32,000 nucleotides of DNA from Wigglesworthia glossinidia endosymbiont of Glossina brevipalpis (GTDB lineage: Bacteria; Pseudomonadota; Gammaproteobacteria; Enterobacterales; Enterobacteriaceae): the NCBI GenBank assembly GCA_000008885.1, contig BA000021.3:240001-272000 (forward strand), given 5' to 3'. Below the pieces are notes generated by a model. The model had not been told where the DNA came from, made no database searches, and was given only the letters and a program-made list of their open reading frames with translations. The position numbers and the translations under genes are program-made. Below, one piece after another: positions 19,378 through 27,683 of the stretch (the first letter of the stretch is position 1; each line of letters starts with the position of its first letter).

Positions 19378-21129
19378 TTAAATTTGTCTATTATATGAGA
19401 TTTTATTTGATGTATTTTTTGAAATTCTATTAGATAATCTAGATCCTATTTTTTTTAAAATAGGCTTTTTTGAAATTTTATTGTGATTTAATAATTTTAA
19501 ATTTAAAGATTTTTTGAAAATTGTAGATTTTGATAATATTGATAATAAATTTAAAGGTATTTTTTTGTATATTTCAATAGTAGAATAATTAAAAAATATT
19601 TTTATACTACCAATATCATTGGATTTTATTTTTCCTAAATTTATCATTGTCCTAACTATATGTTTTGATTCTATTCCGTCTTTTTTTCCAATTTCAGCTT
19701 TATATAAACTTATTGATTTTTTTTTATTTTTTATAATATTTAATTTTTTGCGCTTATTATTTTTGTTTATTAACAAATTAATTTTTTTGTTTTTGTTAAA
19801 AAAATTATCTGGAGATATTATTAAAGGCTTGTTTTTTTGAGCTACCTTTAATAAGGCAGCGGAAATAATTTTAACATCAGATATTCCTATAAAAGAAATA
19901 ATTTTAGATAATAAATTTTGATATTTATTCAAATCTAAACTATTTATTTGATTTTTAATTTTTTCAGAAAAATTATTTAAACGTTTTTTACATAATAGTT
20001 CTACGCTAGGTAATTTTATTTGAGATAATTTTTCTTTAATATTACGTTCAATATTGTACAATATTTTTCTTTCTCTATTTTCTACAAACATTAAAGCTTT
20101 TCCTGTTCTTCCAGCTCTGCCTGTTCTTCCAATTCTATGAATATAAGACTCTACGTCTAATGGTATGTCATAATTTATAACTAAACTGATACGGTCTACA
20201 TCCAAACCTCTTGCAGCTACGTCGGTAGCTACTAAAATATCCAATAAACCTGTTTTGAATCTATTTAATGTTTTTTCTCTTAAAATTTGATTCATATCTC
20301 CATTTAGAGATGAGCTGTTATACCCATTTTTTTCTAACACATCAGAAACTTCTAAAGTAGCATTTTTAGTGCGTACAAAAATAATCACTGCATCAAAAAT
20401 TTCTACTTCTAAAAATCTTAATAATGCTTCAATTTTACATAATCCATAAACTATCCAATAATTTTGTTTAATATTAGGTCTAGTATTTTCGCTTGCTTTA
20501 ATTCTTATTTCTTTAGGTTTTTTCATAAAACGTTTAGTTATTCTATGAATAGCTGCAGGCATAGTAGCGGAAAATAATATAGTTTGATGTTGCTTTGATG
20601 ATTTTAGAAATATATTTTCAACGTCTTCTATAAAACCCATTCTTAACATTTCATCTGCTTCATCTAACACAAAACTAGTAATTTCTGATAAATTTAAATA
20701 TTTTTTATTTAATAAATCCAATATTCGTCCTGGAGTTCCCACAACTATTTGTGGATTTCTTTTTAAAGATTTTATTTGTATTGAATAATTTTGGCCTCCA
20801 TATAAAGCAATTATATTAATTTCTTTTATATATTTTGACAAACTGCAACAAGCAAATTTTATTTGTAAAGCAAGCTCTCTTGTTGGAGTCAAAATTATTA
20901 TTTGGGGAAGTTTTAATTTTAAATCAATATTATTCAATAATGGCAAAAAAAAAGCAGCAGTTTTTCCACTTCCAGTTTGAGCTATTCCTAGAACATCATA
21001 TCCTTTTAGCAAAAAAGGAATGCATTTTTCTTGAATTGGCGATGGTTTTTTATAACCTAAATCATTTAACGCTAGTAAAATAAAATCTTTCAAACCTAAT
21101 TCAGAAAAAGATAATTCTTTTTTATTCAT
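19378..21129 (-). CDS. deaD: DEAD-box ATP-dependent RNA helicase DeaD (CsdA)
   Basis: 583 aa. Motifs are AQTGSGKTAAF, PTRELA, DEAD (VLDEADEML), SAT and HRIGRTGRAG. The C-terminal tail is rich in Lys and Asn. It lies directly downstream of pnp. Confidence 0.95.
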   Translation of the reverse strand: MNKKELSFSELGLKDFILLALNDLGYKKPSPIQEKCIPFLLKGYDVLGIAQTGSGKTAAFFLPLLNNIDLKLKLPQIIILTPTRELALQIKFACCSLSKYIKEINIIALYGGQNYSIQIKSLKRNPQIVVGTPGRILDLLNKKYLNLSEITSFVLDEADEMLRMGFIEDVENIFLKSSKQHQTILFSATMPAAIHRITKRFMKKPKEIRIKASENTRPNIKQNYWIVYGLCKIEALLRFLEVEIFDAVIIFVRTKNATLEVSDVLEKNGYNSSSLNGDMNQILREKTLNRFKTGLLDILVATDVAARGLDVDRISLVINYDIPLDVESYIHRIGRTGRAGRTGKALMFVENRERKILYNIERNIKEKLSQIKLPSVELLCKKRLNNFSEKIKNQINSLDLNKYQNLLSKIISFIGISDVKIISAALLKVAQKNKPLIISPDNFFNKNKKINLLINKNNKRKKLNIIKNKKKSISLYKAEIGKKDGIESKHIVRTMINLGKIKSNDIGSIKIFFNYSTIEIYKKIPLNLLSILSKSTIFKKSLNLKLLNHNKISKKPILKKIGSRLSNRISKNTSNKISYNRQI

Positions 21130-21157
21130 CTTTTTCGAGCCTTTATTATCTATAATT

Positions 21158-23275
21158 TTAATTATTTTTATTAAAAAATTTTTTATTTTTGTTTTTATCT
21201 GTTCCTGTAAAACTTAGTCTTATTCTTCCATATCTATCAATTTCTATAACTTTTACGGAAATTATTTGACCAATTTTAAAATTGTTATTTATATCGCTAA
21301 ATTTTTTATAAGGAATTTTGGATACATGTATTAATCCTTCTTTATTGTTTATTAAACATGCAAATATTCCAAATTCAGAAATACGAGTGATTTTGGCAAC
21401 ATAAATTTTATTAATTTTTATTTCATGAGTTATATCTTTTATTTTTTTTAATGCACATTGCGCATTTTTTATATCAGTAGAAATTACTTTTACTGTTCCA
21501 TCATCTTCTATCTCTATAGAAGATTTTGTTTTTTCAGTTAACATTCTTATTACGGAACCACCTTTTCCAATAACATCTTTTATTTTTTCTGGATTGATTT
21601 TAATTTTATATATTCTTGGCGCAAATATTGAAATTTCGTTTTTTGGTTTTTTTATTACTTTGTCCATTTCATTCAATATATTGATTCTTGCATTTTTTGC
21701 TTTATCTAATGATACTTGTAATATTTCTGATGTAATTCCTTCTATTTTTATATCCATTTGTAAAGCAGTAACTCCTTCTCTTGTTCCCATTACCTTAAAA
21801 TCCATATCTCCCAAATAATCTTCATCTCCTAATATATCAGTTAAAACAACAAATTTATCTTTTTCTTTAATCAAACCCATTGCTATTCCTGCAACAGATG
21901 AAGAAATAGGAACGCCTGCATCCATAAGAGATAAAGAAGCTCCGCACACAGATGCCATGGAAGAAGATCCATTAGATTCTGTAATCTCTGAAACTATTCT
22001 AATAGTATATGGAAATTTATCTATGTCTGGCATAACAGCCAACATTCCTCTTTTTGCTAATTTTCCATGTCCTATTTCTCTTCTTTTTGGAGAACTTATA
22101 ATTCCTACCTCACCTACACAATAAGGGGGGAAATTATAATGAAATAAAAATCTATCTATCTTATCTCCTACAAGATCATCTATGTTTTGTGCGTCTCTTT
22201 CTGTTCCTAAAGTAGTTGTTACAAGAGCTTGTGTTTCTCCTCTAGTAAATAACGATGAACCATGAGTTCTTGGAAGAATGCCAAGATGGATATCTAAATT
22301 ACGTACCATATCTTCTGTACGTCCATCAATTCTTGGTTTTCCTGATATTATTCTATTTCTTACAATTTTTCGTTCTATATTTTGTATAATATATAATATT
22401 TCTTCTTCATTTGTATTATTATTATTTATAAAATTATTTAAAATATCATTTTTAATATTTTCAATTTTTTCTAATCTTTTTTTCTTTTCTGGTATTTTGT
22501 AAGAATCTTTTATTCTATCAAAAAATAAATCTTCTATTACAAATTGAATATCATTGTTATTTAATGATTTCAAATCATATTCTAAATTTTCTTTTTTAAA
22601 TTTCTTTTTTAATTTATCAATATTTTCAATTACTATTTTATTTTGTTCATTACCAAATAAAATTGCTTCTAAAATATTTTTTTCTTGTAGAATATTTGAA
22701 GATGATTCAACCATTAATACTGCATTAGAAGAGCCAGATACTATCATGTCCAATTTACTATCAATTAATTCTGATGTAGTTGGGTTTAAAATATATTTGT
22801 TATCTATATAACCTATTCTAGATGATCCTATTGGACATTTAAAAGGTAATCCAGATAAACTCAAAGCAGCAGAAGCTCCTATTATAGATACTATGTCCGG
22901 ATTAACTTGTGGATTAACAGACATTACTGTTGCTATAATTTGAATATCATTAAAAAAATTTTTTGGAAACAACGGTCTAACAGAACGATCTATTAATCTA
23001 GAAACTAATACTTCATTTTCATTTGGCCTGCCCTCTCTTCTAAAAAATCCTCCAGGAAATCTTCCTATTGAATATGTCCTTTCTTGATAATTCACTGTGA
23101 GGGGAAAAAATTTTTGTCCTAATTTTTCTTTCTTATCAGCTACTACAGTAACAAAAACTGAAGTATCGTCCATTCTAACCATTACTGCAGATGTTGCTTG
23201 ACGAGCAATCATTCCGGTTTCAATAGTAACAATATTTTTTCCATATTGAAACTTTTGAATAGTAGCTTTTAACAA
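21158..23275 (-). CDS. pnp: Polynucleotide phosphorylase PNPase, with a TTG start
   Basis: 705 aa, highly similar to E. coli PNPase throughout, for example [12 protein letters not shown] and [18 protein letters not shown], with C-terminal KH and S1 regions. The start codon at 23273-23275 is TTG. An AGGA at 23284-23287 lies 8 nt upstream. Confidence 0.98.
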   Translation of the reverse strand: MLKATIQKFQYGKNIVTIETGMIARQATSAVMVRMDDTSVFVTVVADKKEKLGQKFFPLTVNYQERTYSIGRFPGGFFRREGRPNENEVLVSRLIDRSVRPLFPKNFFNDIQIIATVMSVNPQVNPDIVSIIGASAALSLSGLPFKCPIGSSRIGYIDNKYILNPTTSELIDSKLDMIVSGSSNAVLMVESSSNILQEKNILEAILFGNEQNKIVIENIDKLKKKFKKENLEYDLKSLNNNDIQFVIEDLFFDRIKDSYKIPEKKKRLEKIENIKNDILNNFINNNNTNEEEILYIIQNIERKIVRNRIISGKPRIDGRTEDMVRNLDIHLGILPRTHGSSLFTRGETQALVTTTLGTERDAQNIDDLVGDKIDRFLFHYNFPPYCVGEVGIISSPKRREIGHGKLAKRGMLAVMPDIDKFPYTIRIVSEITESNGSSSMASVCGASLSLMDAGVPISSSVAGIAMGLIKEKDKFVVLTDILGDEDYLGDMDFKVMGTREGVTALQMDIKIEGITSEILQVSLDKAKNARINILNEMDKVIKKPKNEISIFAPRIYKIKINPEKIKDVIGKGGSVIRMLTEKTKSSIEIEDDGTVKVISTDIKNAQCALKKIKDITHEIKINKIYVAKITRISEFGIFACLINNKEGLIHVSKIPYKKFSDINNNFKIGQIISVKVIEIDRYGRIRLSFTGTDKNKNKKFFNKNN

Positions 23276-23371
23276 AATTATTTTCCTTTTTTATTAAAAA
23301 TATTACTTAATTTGTAATTTGTTTTTTGTAAAACAATGTATATTTATTTGAACAAAAAGTAAAATTATTAA

Positions 23372-23641
23372 TTAATTTCTTAAGTTTAATTTTTTTATTA
23401 GATCAAAATAACGCATTTTATTTTTTCTTTTTAAGTAATTTAATATTTTTCTTCTTCTAGATACTTTTTTCAATAAACCTCTTCTGCTATGAAGATCATT
23501 TTTATTTTCCAAAAAATGTTTTTGTAAACTTTTAATTTTTTCTGTCAAAAGAGTTATTTGTTTTTCAGAATCTTCTTTTATATTAAGAGTATGTAAAGTT
23601 TCTTTATAAGATTTATTTTTTTTTTTTAAATTTTGAGACAT
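23372..23641 (-). CDS. rpsO: 30S ribosomal protein S15
   Basis: 89 aa with the conserved [29 protein letters not shown]-type block (E. coli [29 protein letters not shown]). An AGGA at 23649-23652 lies 7 nt upstream of the ATG. Confidence 0.97.
23616..23627 (-). repeat. A12 homopolymer on the coding strand inside rpsO codons 5-9
   Basis: Counted directly: T12 on the plus strand at 23616-23627. On the coding strand this is TTA AAA AAA AAA AAT, encoding LKKKN. Confidence 0.95.
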
Positions 23642-23705
23642 TAAAACATCCTGAATTTATTTTATAAAATTTATTATTTTTTTACAAATCAACAAGTTAA
23701 TTGTT

Positions 23706-23734
23706 AGTCTACTCCGAGTTTGATTTAATCGCAA
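23706..23734 (-). promoter_or_regulatory. Candidate sigma70 promoter for rpsO-pnp
   Basis: On the minus strand, TTGCGA (23734-23729) is followed by a 17-nt spacer and then TAGACT (23711-23706). These hexamers sit in the only G+C-containing patch of the truB-rpsO spacer, about 65 nt upstream of the rpsO ATG. Confidence 0.3.
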
Positions 23735-23761
23735 GAAAATTATAATTATAAAATAAATTAT

Positions 23762-24745
23762 TTATTTAATTAATTTAATAGAATTAGCTCGTCCATATTT
23801 ATTAATATCTATAATTCCAACAAACTTTTTTGTATCTTTTGATATAATTTTAAATAAATTATTTTTTTTTATTTTCCAAAAATTTAATTTTATACCATTT
23901 CTTAATCTATTTATTATATCATCATTAACAACAATAATAGGTAATTTTTTAAATATAGATTCAATTGGAAGTAAACATTCATCTAATTTTTTTAAATCAT
24001 TAAATTTTTTTTTTATGTTATATAATTTATTAGAATCAATCATATGTGATTCTTTATAATTAAATAATTTTGTTCTTCTTAATTTTACTATATGAGCCCC
24101 ACAAAACAATTTTTCTCCTATATCATCAACTATACTCCTAACATAAGTTCCTTTAGAACATTTAATTGTTAAAGAAAAATATTTTTTTGAAAAACTCAAT
24201 AATTTTATATAATGTACGTACACTTTTCTTTTTTCTCTTGGTATATAAATTCCTTGTCTAGCATATTTATAAAGAGGTTTTCCTAGGTGTTTTAATGAAG
24301 AAAACATTGGAGGCTTTTGATATATTTCTCCTTGAAATTCTGATAATATTTTTTCTATATTAAGTTTTTTTATGTTTAAAATTGGCCTTATACATATTAT
24401 TTTTCCAAAAGAATCTAAAGTATTAGTTTTTTCTCCTAATTTTGCTTTTATTTTGTACCATTTATTAGTGTTTAACAAATAATCAGAAAATTTTGTTGCA
24501 TCTCCGAAAAATATAGGAAGCATTCCGGATGCTATAGGATCTAATGTGCCAATGTATCCTGCTTTTTTTGCTTTAAATAATTTTTTTATTTTTTGTAAAA
24601 TCAAGTTAGAAGATAAACCTATTGGTTTGTCTAATAAAAGTATTCCATTTATATTTCTTAAGTAATCTTCTTTTATAATCACAGAATATAATAAATCATA
24701 TAGATTTTTTTGAAATTTTAACAATATTATTATTAAATAAATCAT
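23762..24745 (-). CDS. truB: tRNA pseudouridine-55 synthase TruB; start is ambiguous between ATG at 24745 and GTG at 24682
   Basis: INGILLLDKPIGLSSNLILQKIKKLFKAKKAGYIGTLDPIASGMLPIFFG matches E. coli [50 protein letters not shown], including the catalytic Asp. The longest ORF starts at ATG 24745 and overlaps rbfA by 50 nt. The in-frame GTG at 24680-24682 gives the E. coli-like N-terminal length. Confidence 0.95.
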   Translation of the reverse strand: MIYLIIILLKFQKNLYDLLYSVIIKEDYLRNINGILLLDKPIGLSSNLILQKIKKLFKAKKAGYIGTLDPIASGMLPIFFGDATKFSDYLLNTNKWYKIKAKLGEKTNTLDSFGKIICIRPILNIKKLNIEKILSEFQGEIYQKPPMFSSLKHLGKPLYKYARQGIYIPREKRKVYVHYIKLLSFSKKYFSLTIKCSKGTYVRSIVDDIGEKLFCGAHIVKLRRTKLFNYKESHMIDSNKLYNIKKKFNDLKKLDECLLPIESIFKKLPIIVVNDDIINRLRNGIKLNFWKIKKNNLFKIISKDTKKFVGIIDINKYGRANSIKLIK

Positions 24746-25073
24746 CTATATTTCTTCCTTTTATTAATGAATAATCATAAATAAAAGTTAATTTTGGAAT
24801 TATCCTTAATCTCATTGTTTTATTTAATATCTTTCTTATAAAGAAAGAAGCTTTGTTTAATATAAACAAACCAGATTTAATTTGTTGTTTTGTGTTTTTA
24901 TTTAAAAAAGTCACAAATATTTTTGCATGAGAAAAATCTGATGATAAATCTACCCCTGATACAGTTGATATACCTATCCTGGGATCATTAATTTTTTGTT
25001 GCAAAATAAGAGCAATTTTTCTTTGTATTTCTTTAGAAATTTTAAATTTTCTATTATTTTCTCTTGAATGCAT
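24696..25073 (-). CDS. rbfA: Ribosome-binding factor A RbfA
   Basis: 125 aa. KEIQRKIALILQQKINDPRIG and MRLRIIPKLTFIYD match E. coli [21 protein letters not shown] and MRLRIVPELTFFYD. It lies between infB and truB. Confidence 0.93.
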   Translation of the reverse strand: MHSRENNRKFKISKEIQRKIALILQQKINDPRIGISTVSGVDLSSDFSHAKIFVTFLNKNTKQQIKSGLFILNKASFFIRKILNKTMRLRIIPKLTFIYDYSLIKGRNIDDLFNNNIVKISKKSI

Positions 25074-25135
25074 TTTATACCTTTTAGAATAAAAATAATT
25101 TTATAAATTATAATATATTTAAATTTATTTTATAT

Positions 25136-27661
25136 TTATATTTTTTTATTTAATTCTTCTAGCTCTAAAATTTCTATAATATCTAATGGTTTAATATCAT
25201 TAAAATTTTTTATTACAATTCCACACTCTGTTCCTGATTTGACTTCATTTACATCTTCTTTAAATCTTCTCAAAGAAATAATTTTACTTTCATGAACAAA
25301 AGATTTATTTCTTAAAATCTTAGCAATACTATTCTTTTTTACAATTCCTTCTTTTACTATACATCCAGCAATAGAACCAAGCTTTGGAAGTTGAAAAATA
25401 TTTTTTACTATTAAAATTCCTATAATCTTCTTGTTGTATTTTGTATTACAAGACAAATATATTTTTTGTTTTACAAAGTCAACTATTTCATAAATAATAG
25501 AGCAACATTTAATGTTTAATCCTATAGATTCTGTATTTTTAATATTAGAAAAATCAGGCTTTACATTAAAACCTATTATTATTGCATTCGAAGATGTTGC
25601 TAATGCTACATCTGTTTCTGTTATAGGACCTACTCCTGAATAAATAATATTTATTTTTATTTCTTCATTAGATAAAAGTATTAAAGCATTTGAAATTGCC
25701 TGAGAAGAACCATGTGCATCTGATTTTAAAACTATGTTTATATTTTTTTTTGTACTTAAATTTAAATTAGAAAAAACATTTTCTATTTTTATTTTCTTAT
25801 TTATTCTTAACTTGCTTTCTCTTAATTTGTTTTGCCTATAAATAGCAACTTCTCTAGCTTTTTTTTCTTCTTTAACTACAGTAATTTTATCTCCTGATAT
25901 AGGTATTCCTGAAAGACCAAGTATTTCTACTGGAATAGAAGGACCTACTGATTTAATTTTACATTTAAAAGAATCTTGCATTGCTTTTATTTTTCCATAT
26001 TCGCATCCGCACAGAACTACATCTCCTTGATGTAATCTTCCTTCTTGTATTAAAATAGTAGATACTGGGCCCTTGCCCTTTTCTAATCTAGATTCAATAA
26101 CAGTACCGCTAGCCATACCTTTATGCATCGCTTTTAGCTCTAAAATTTCTGCTTGCAAAAGTATAGCATCCAATAAAAAATCAATTCCTAACCCAGACTT
26201 TGCAGAAATTAATAAACATTGAGTATCTCCTCCATATTCTTCTAAAAAGATTCCATGTTTAATTAGTTCTTTTTTTACTTTTTCTGGATTAGATGTAATT
26301 TTATCTATTTTATTTATTGCTATAATAACAGGTACTTTTGCAATTTTAGCATGATTAATAGCTTCTACTGTTTGAGGCATTATACTGTCATCTGCAGCTA
26401 TTACTATAACTATAATATCAGTTATTTTAGATCCTCTAATACGCATTTCTGTAAATGCCGCATGACCTGGAGTATCAATAAAAGTTATTATTCCTTTTTT
26501 TGTTTTTACGTAATAAGCTCCAATGCATTGAGTTATTCCACCTTTTTCTTTTAGAGCAACTTTCGTTGTTCTAATATAATCTAATAATGATGTTTTACCA
26601 TGATCTACATGACCCATTATAGTTACTACTGGCGCTCTATTTTTTAGTTCATATAAGTTTTTATTTTGATTTTTTATTATTTCTTCTTCTAATGCATTGT
26701 TTTTGATTAATTTAACTTTATGACCCATTTCTTCTGCTATTATTTGAGCAATATCTTGATCTATAACCTCATTAATAGAAGATTTTATTCCTAATTTCAT
26801 CATGTTAGAAACAACTTTGTGGCTTTTAACTGCCATTTTGTTTGATAATTCAAATACTGAAATAGTTTCTCCTATTGTAATTTCTTTGATTATTTTTTTT
26901 AAAGGTTTATTAAATGTGTGAGTTAAAGAAGAAATTTTTTTTCTAATATTTGTTTTTTTATCTATATTATTGTTAAAAAAATTTGTCTCTGAACCAAATA
27001 AACGATTGCTTTTTATTTTTTTAAATATATTTTCATTTTTATTTTTAACTTTATAATTTATTTCTATTTTTTTATTTTTTTCTTTTTTATTTAATTTATT
27101 TTTTTTTAAATTTTGTTTAAATTCATTTTTTTTATAAATATTTAAATTTTTATTTATTTTTACATTTTTTTTGATTAAATTTTTAGAAATTTTTAATTTA
27201 CTTTTATCTAAAATTGGTTCTTTAATTAATTTTTTTTCAAAATTTATTTCCCTTTCATTTATATTTTTTGAAAGCTCAACATATTTCTTTGTTTTATTTA
27301 AATCTTTTATGTTTTTTTTACAAAAAGTTTTATCAATGTTATTTTTAACTATTTTATCTTTAAATAAAAGAGAAGAATCACATTTTAAATATTTTTTTTT
27401 CCTTACTTCTATTTTTACAATTTTATTTTTTCCATTTAATGAAGAAATATTTAATTTGCTTTTTGTCTTTTTTTGCAAACTTAAATTTTTTGGTAAATTA
27501 ACATGATGACTGTTTATGTATGAAAGTAATATTTTTTTTTCTTCTAAACTTACATAATCTATGTTAGTTTTCGTTATTCCAGCATCAGCAAATTTTTGTA
27601 TTAATTTATTAATAGGTATTTTTATTTCTTCAGAAAAAGATTTTATGGTCACATTTTTCAT
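25136..27661 (-). CDS. infB: Translation initiation factor IF-2
   Basis: 841 aa. The N-terminal domain is conserved (KLIQKFADAGITK). The G-domain motifs GHVDHGKTS, DTPGH and NKID are present. The C-terminal domains closely match E. coli IF2. Residues from about 60 to 250 form a Lys/Asn-rich low-complexity linker. Confidence 0.98.
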   Translation of the reverse strand: MKNVTIKSFSEEIKIPINKLIQKFADAGITKTNIDYVSLEEKKILLSYINSHHVNLPKNLSLQKKTKSKLNISSLNGKNKIVKIEVRKKKYLKCDSSLLFKDKIVKNNIDKTFCKKNIKDLNKTKKYVELSKNINEREINFEKKLIKEPILDKSKLKISKNLIKKNVKINKNLNIYKKNEFKQNLKKNKLNKKEKNKKIEINYKVKNKNENIFKKIKSNRLFGSETNFFNNNIDKKTNIRKKISSLTHTFNKPLKKIIKEITIGETISVFELSNKMAVKSHKVVSNMMKLGIKSSINEVIDQDIAQIIAEEMGHKVKLIKNNALEEEIIKNQNKNLYELKNRAPVVTIMGHVDHGKTSLLDYIRTTKVALKEKGGITQCIGAYYVKTKKGIITFIDTPGHAAFTEMRIRGSKITDIIVIVIAADDSIMPQTVEAINHAKIAKVPVIIAINKIDKITSNPEKVKKELIKHGIFLEEYGGDTQCLLISAKSGLGIDFLLDAILLQAEILELKAMHKGMASGTVIESRLEKGKGPVSTILIQEGRLHQGDVVLCGCEYGKIKAMQDSFKCKIKSVGPSIPVEILGLSGIPISGDKITVVKEEKKAREVAIYRQNKLRESKLRINKKIKIENVFSNLNLSTKKNINIVLKSDAHGSSQAISNALILLSNEEIKINIIYSGVGPITETDVALATSSNAIIIGFNVKPDFSNIKNTESIGLNIKCCSIIYEIVDFVKQKIYLSCNTKYNKKIIGILIVKNIFQLPKLGSIAGCIVKEGIVKKNSIAKILRNKSFVHESKIISLRRFKEDVNEVKSGTECGIVIKNFNDIKPLDIIEILELEELNKKI

Positions 27662-27683
27662 TATGTTTTTCTCATAAATTAAA

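Noticed and set aside
23319-23336. A small hairpin TTGTTTT-acaa-AAAACAA in the rpsO-pnp spacer, considered as the counterpart of the E. coli rpsO terminator or RNase III site.
   Set aside because: The stem is 7 bp with a single G-C pair and is not followed by a T-run in the direction of transcription. It is far shorter than the E. coli RNase III substrate and is indistinguishable from chance A+T self-complementarity.
23641-23649. A two-codon upstream ORF, ATG TTT TAA, whose stop overlaps the rpsO ATG.
   Set aside because: Its ATG overlaps the rpsO Shine-Dalgarno AGGA at 23649-23652, so it has no ribosome-binding site of its own. A 2-codon ORF in A+T-rich DNA is expected by chance.
27171-27506. 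A 111-aa plus-strand ORF antisense to the infB low-complexity linker.
   Set aside because: It sits in the same shadow frame. It is the complement of a poly-Lys/Asn coding stretch, which yields a Phe/Leu-rich peptide. The other listed short plus-strand ORFs inside minus-strand genes have the same peptide character and also overlap well-supported genes; I phase-checked only 16924-17208 and assume the same explanation for 1269-1460, 2232-2453, 3503-3727, 3896-4123, 7848-8069, 8079-8291, 15946-16173, 16633-16815, 18195-18440, 19017-19244, 19619-19840, 20835-21083, 21594-21818, 22278-22502, 22554-22811, 26351-26554 and 31584-31826.
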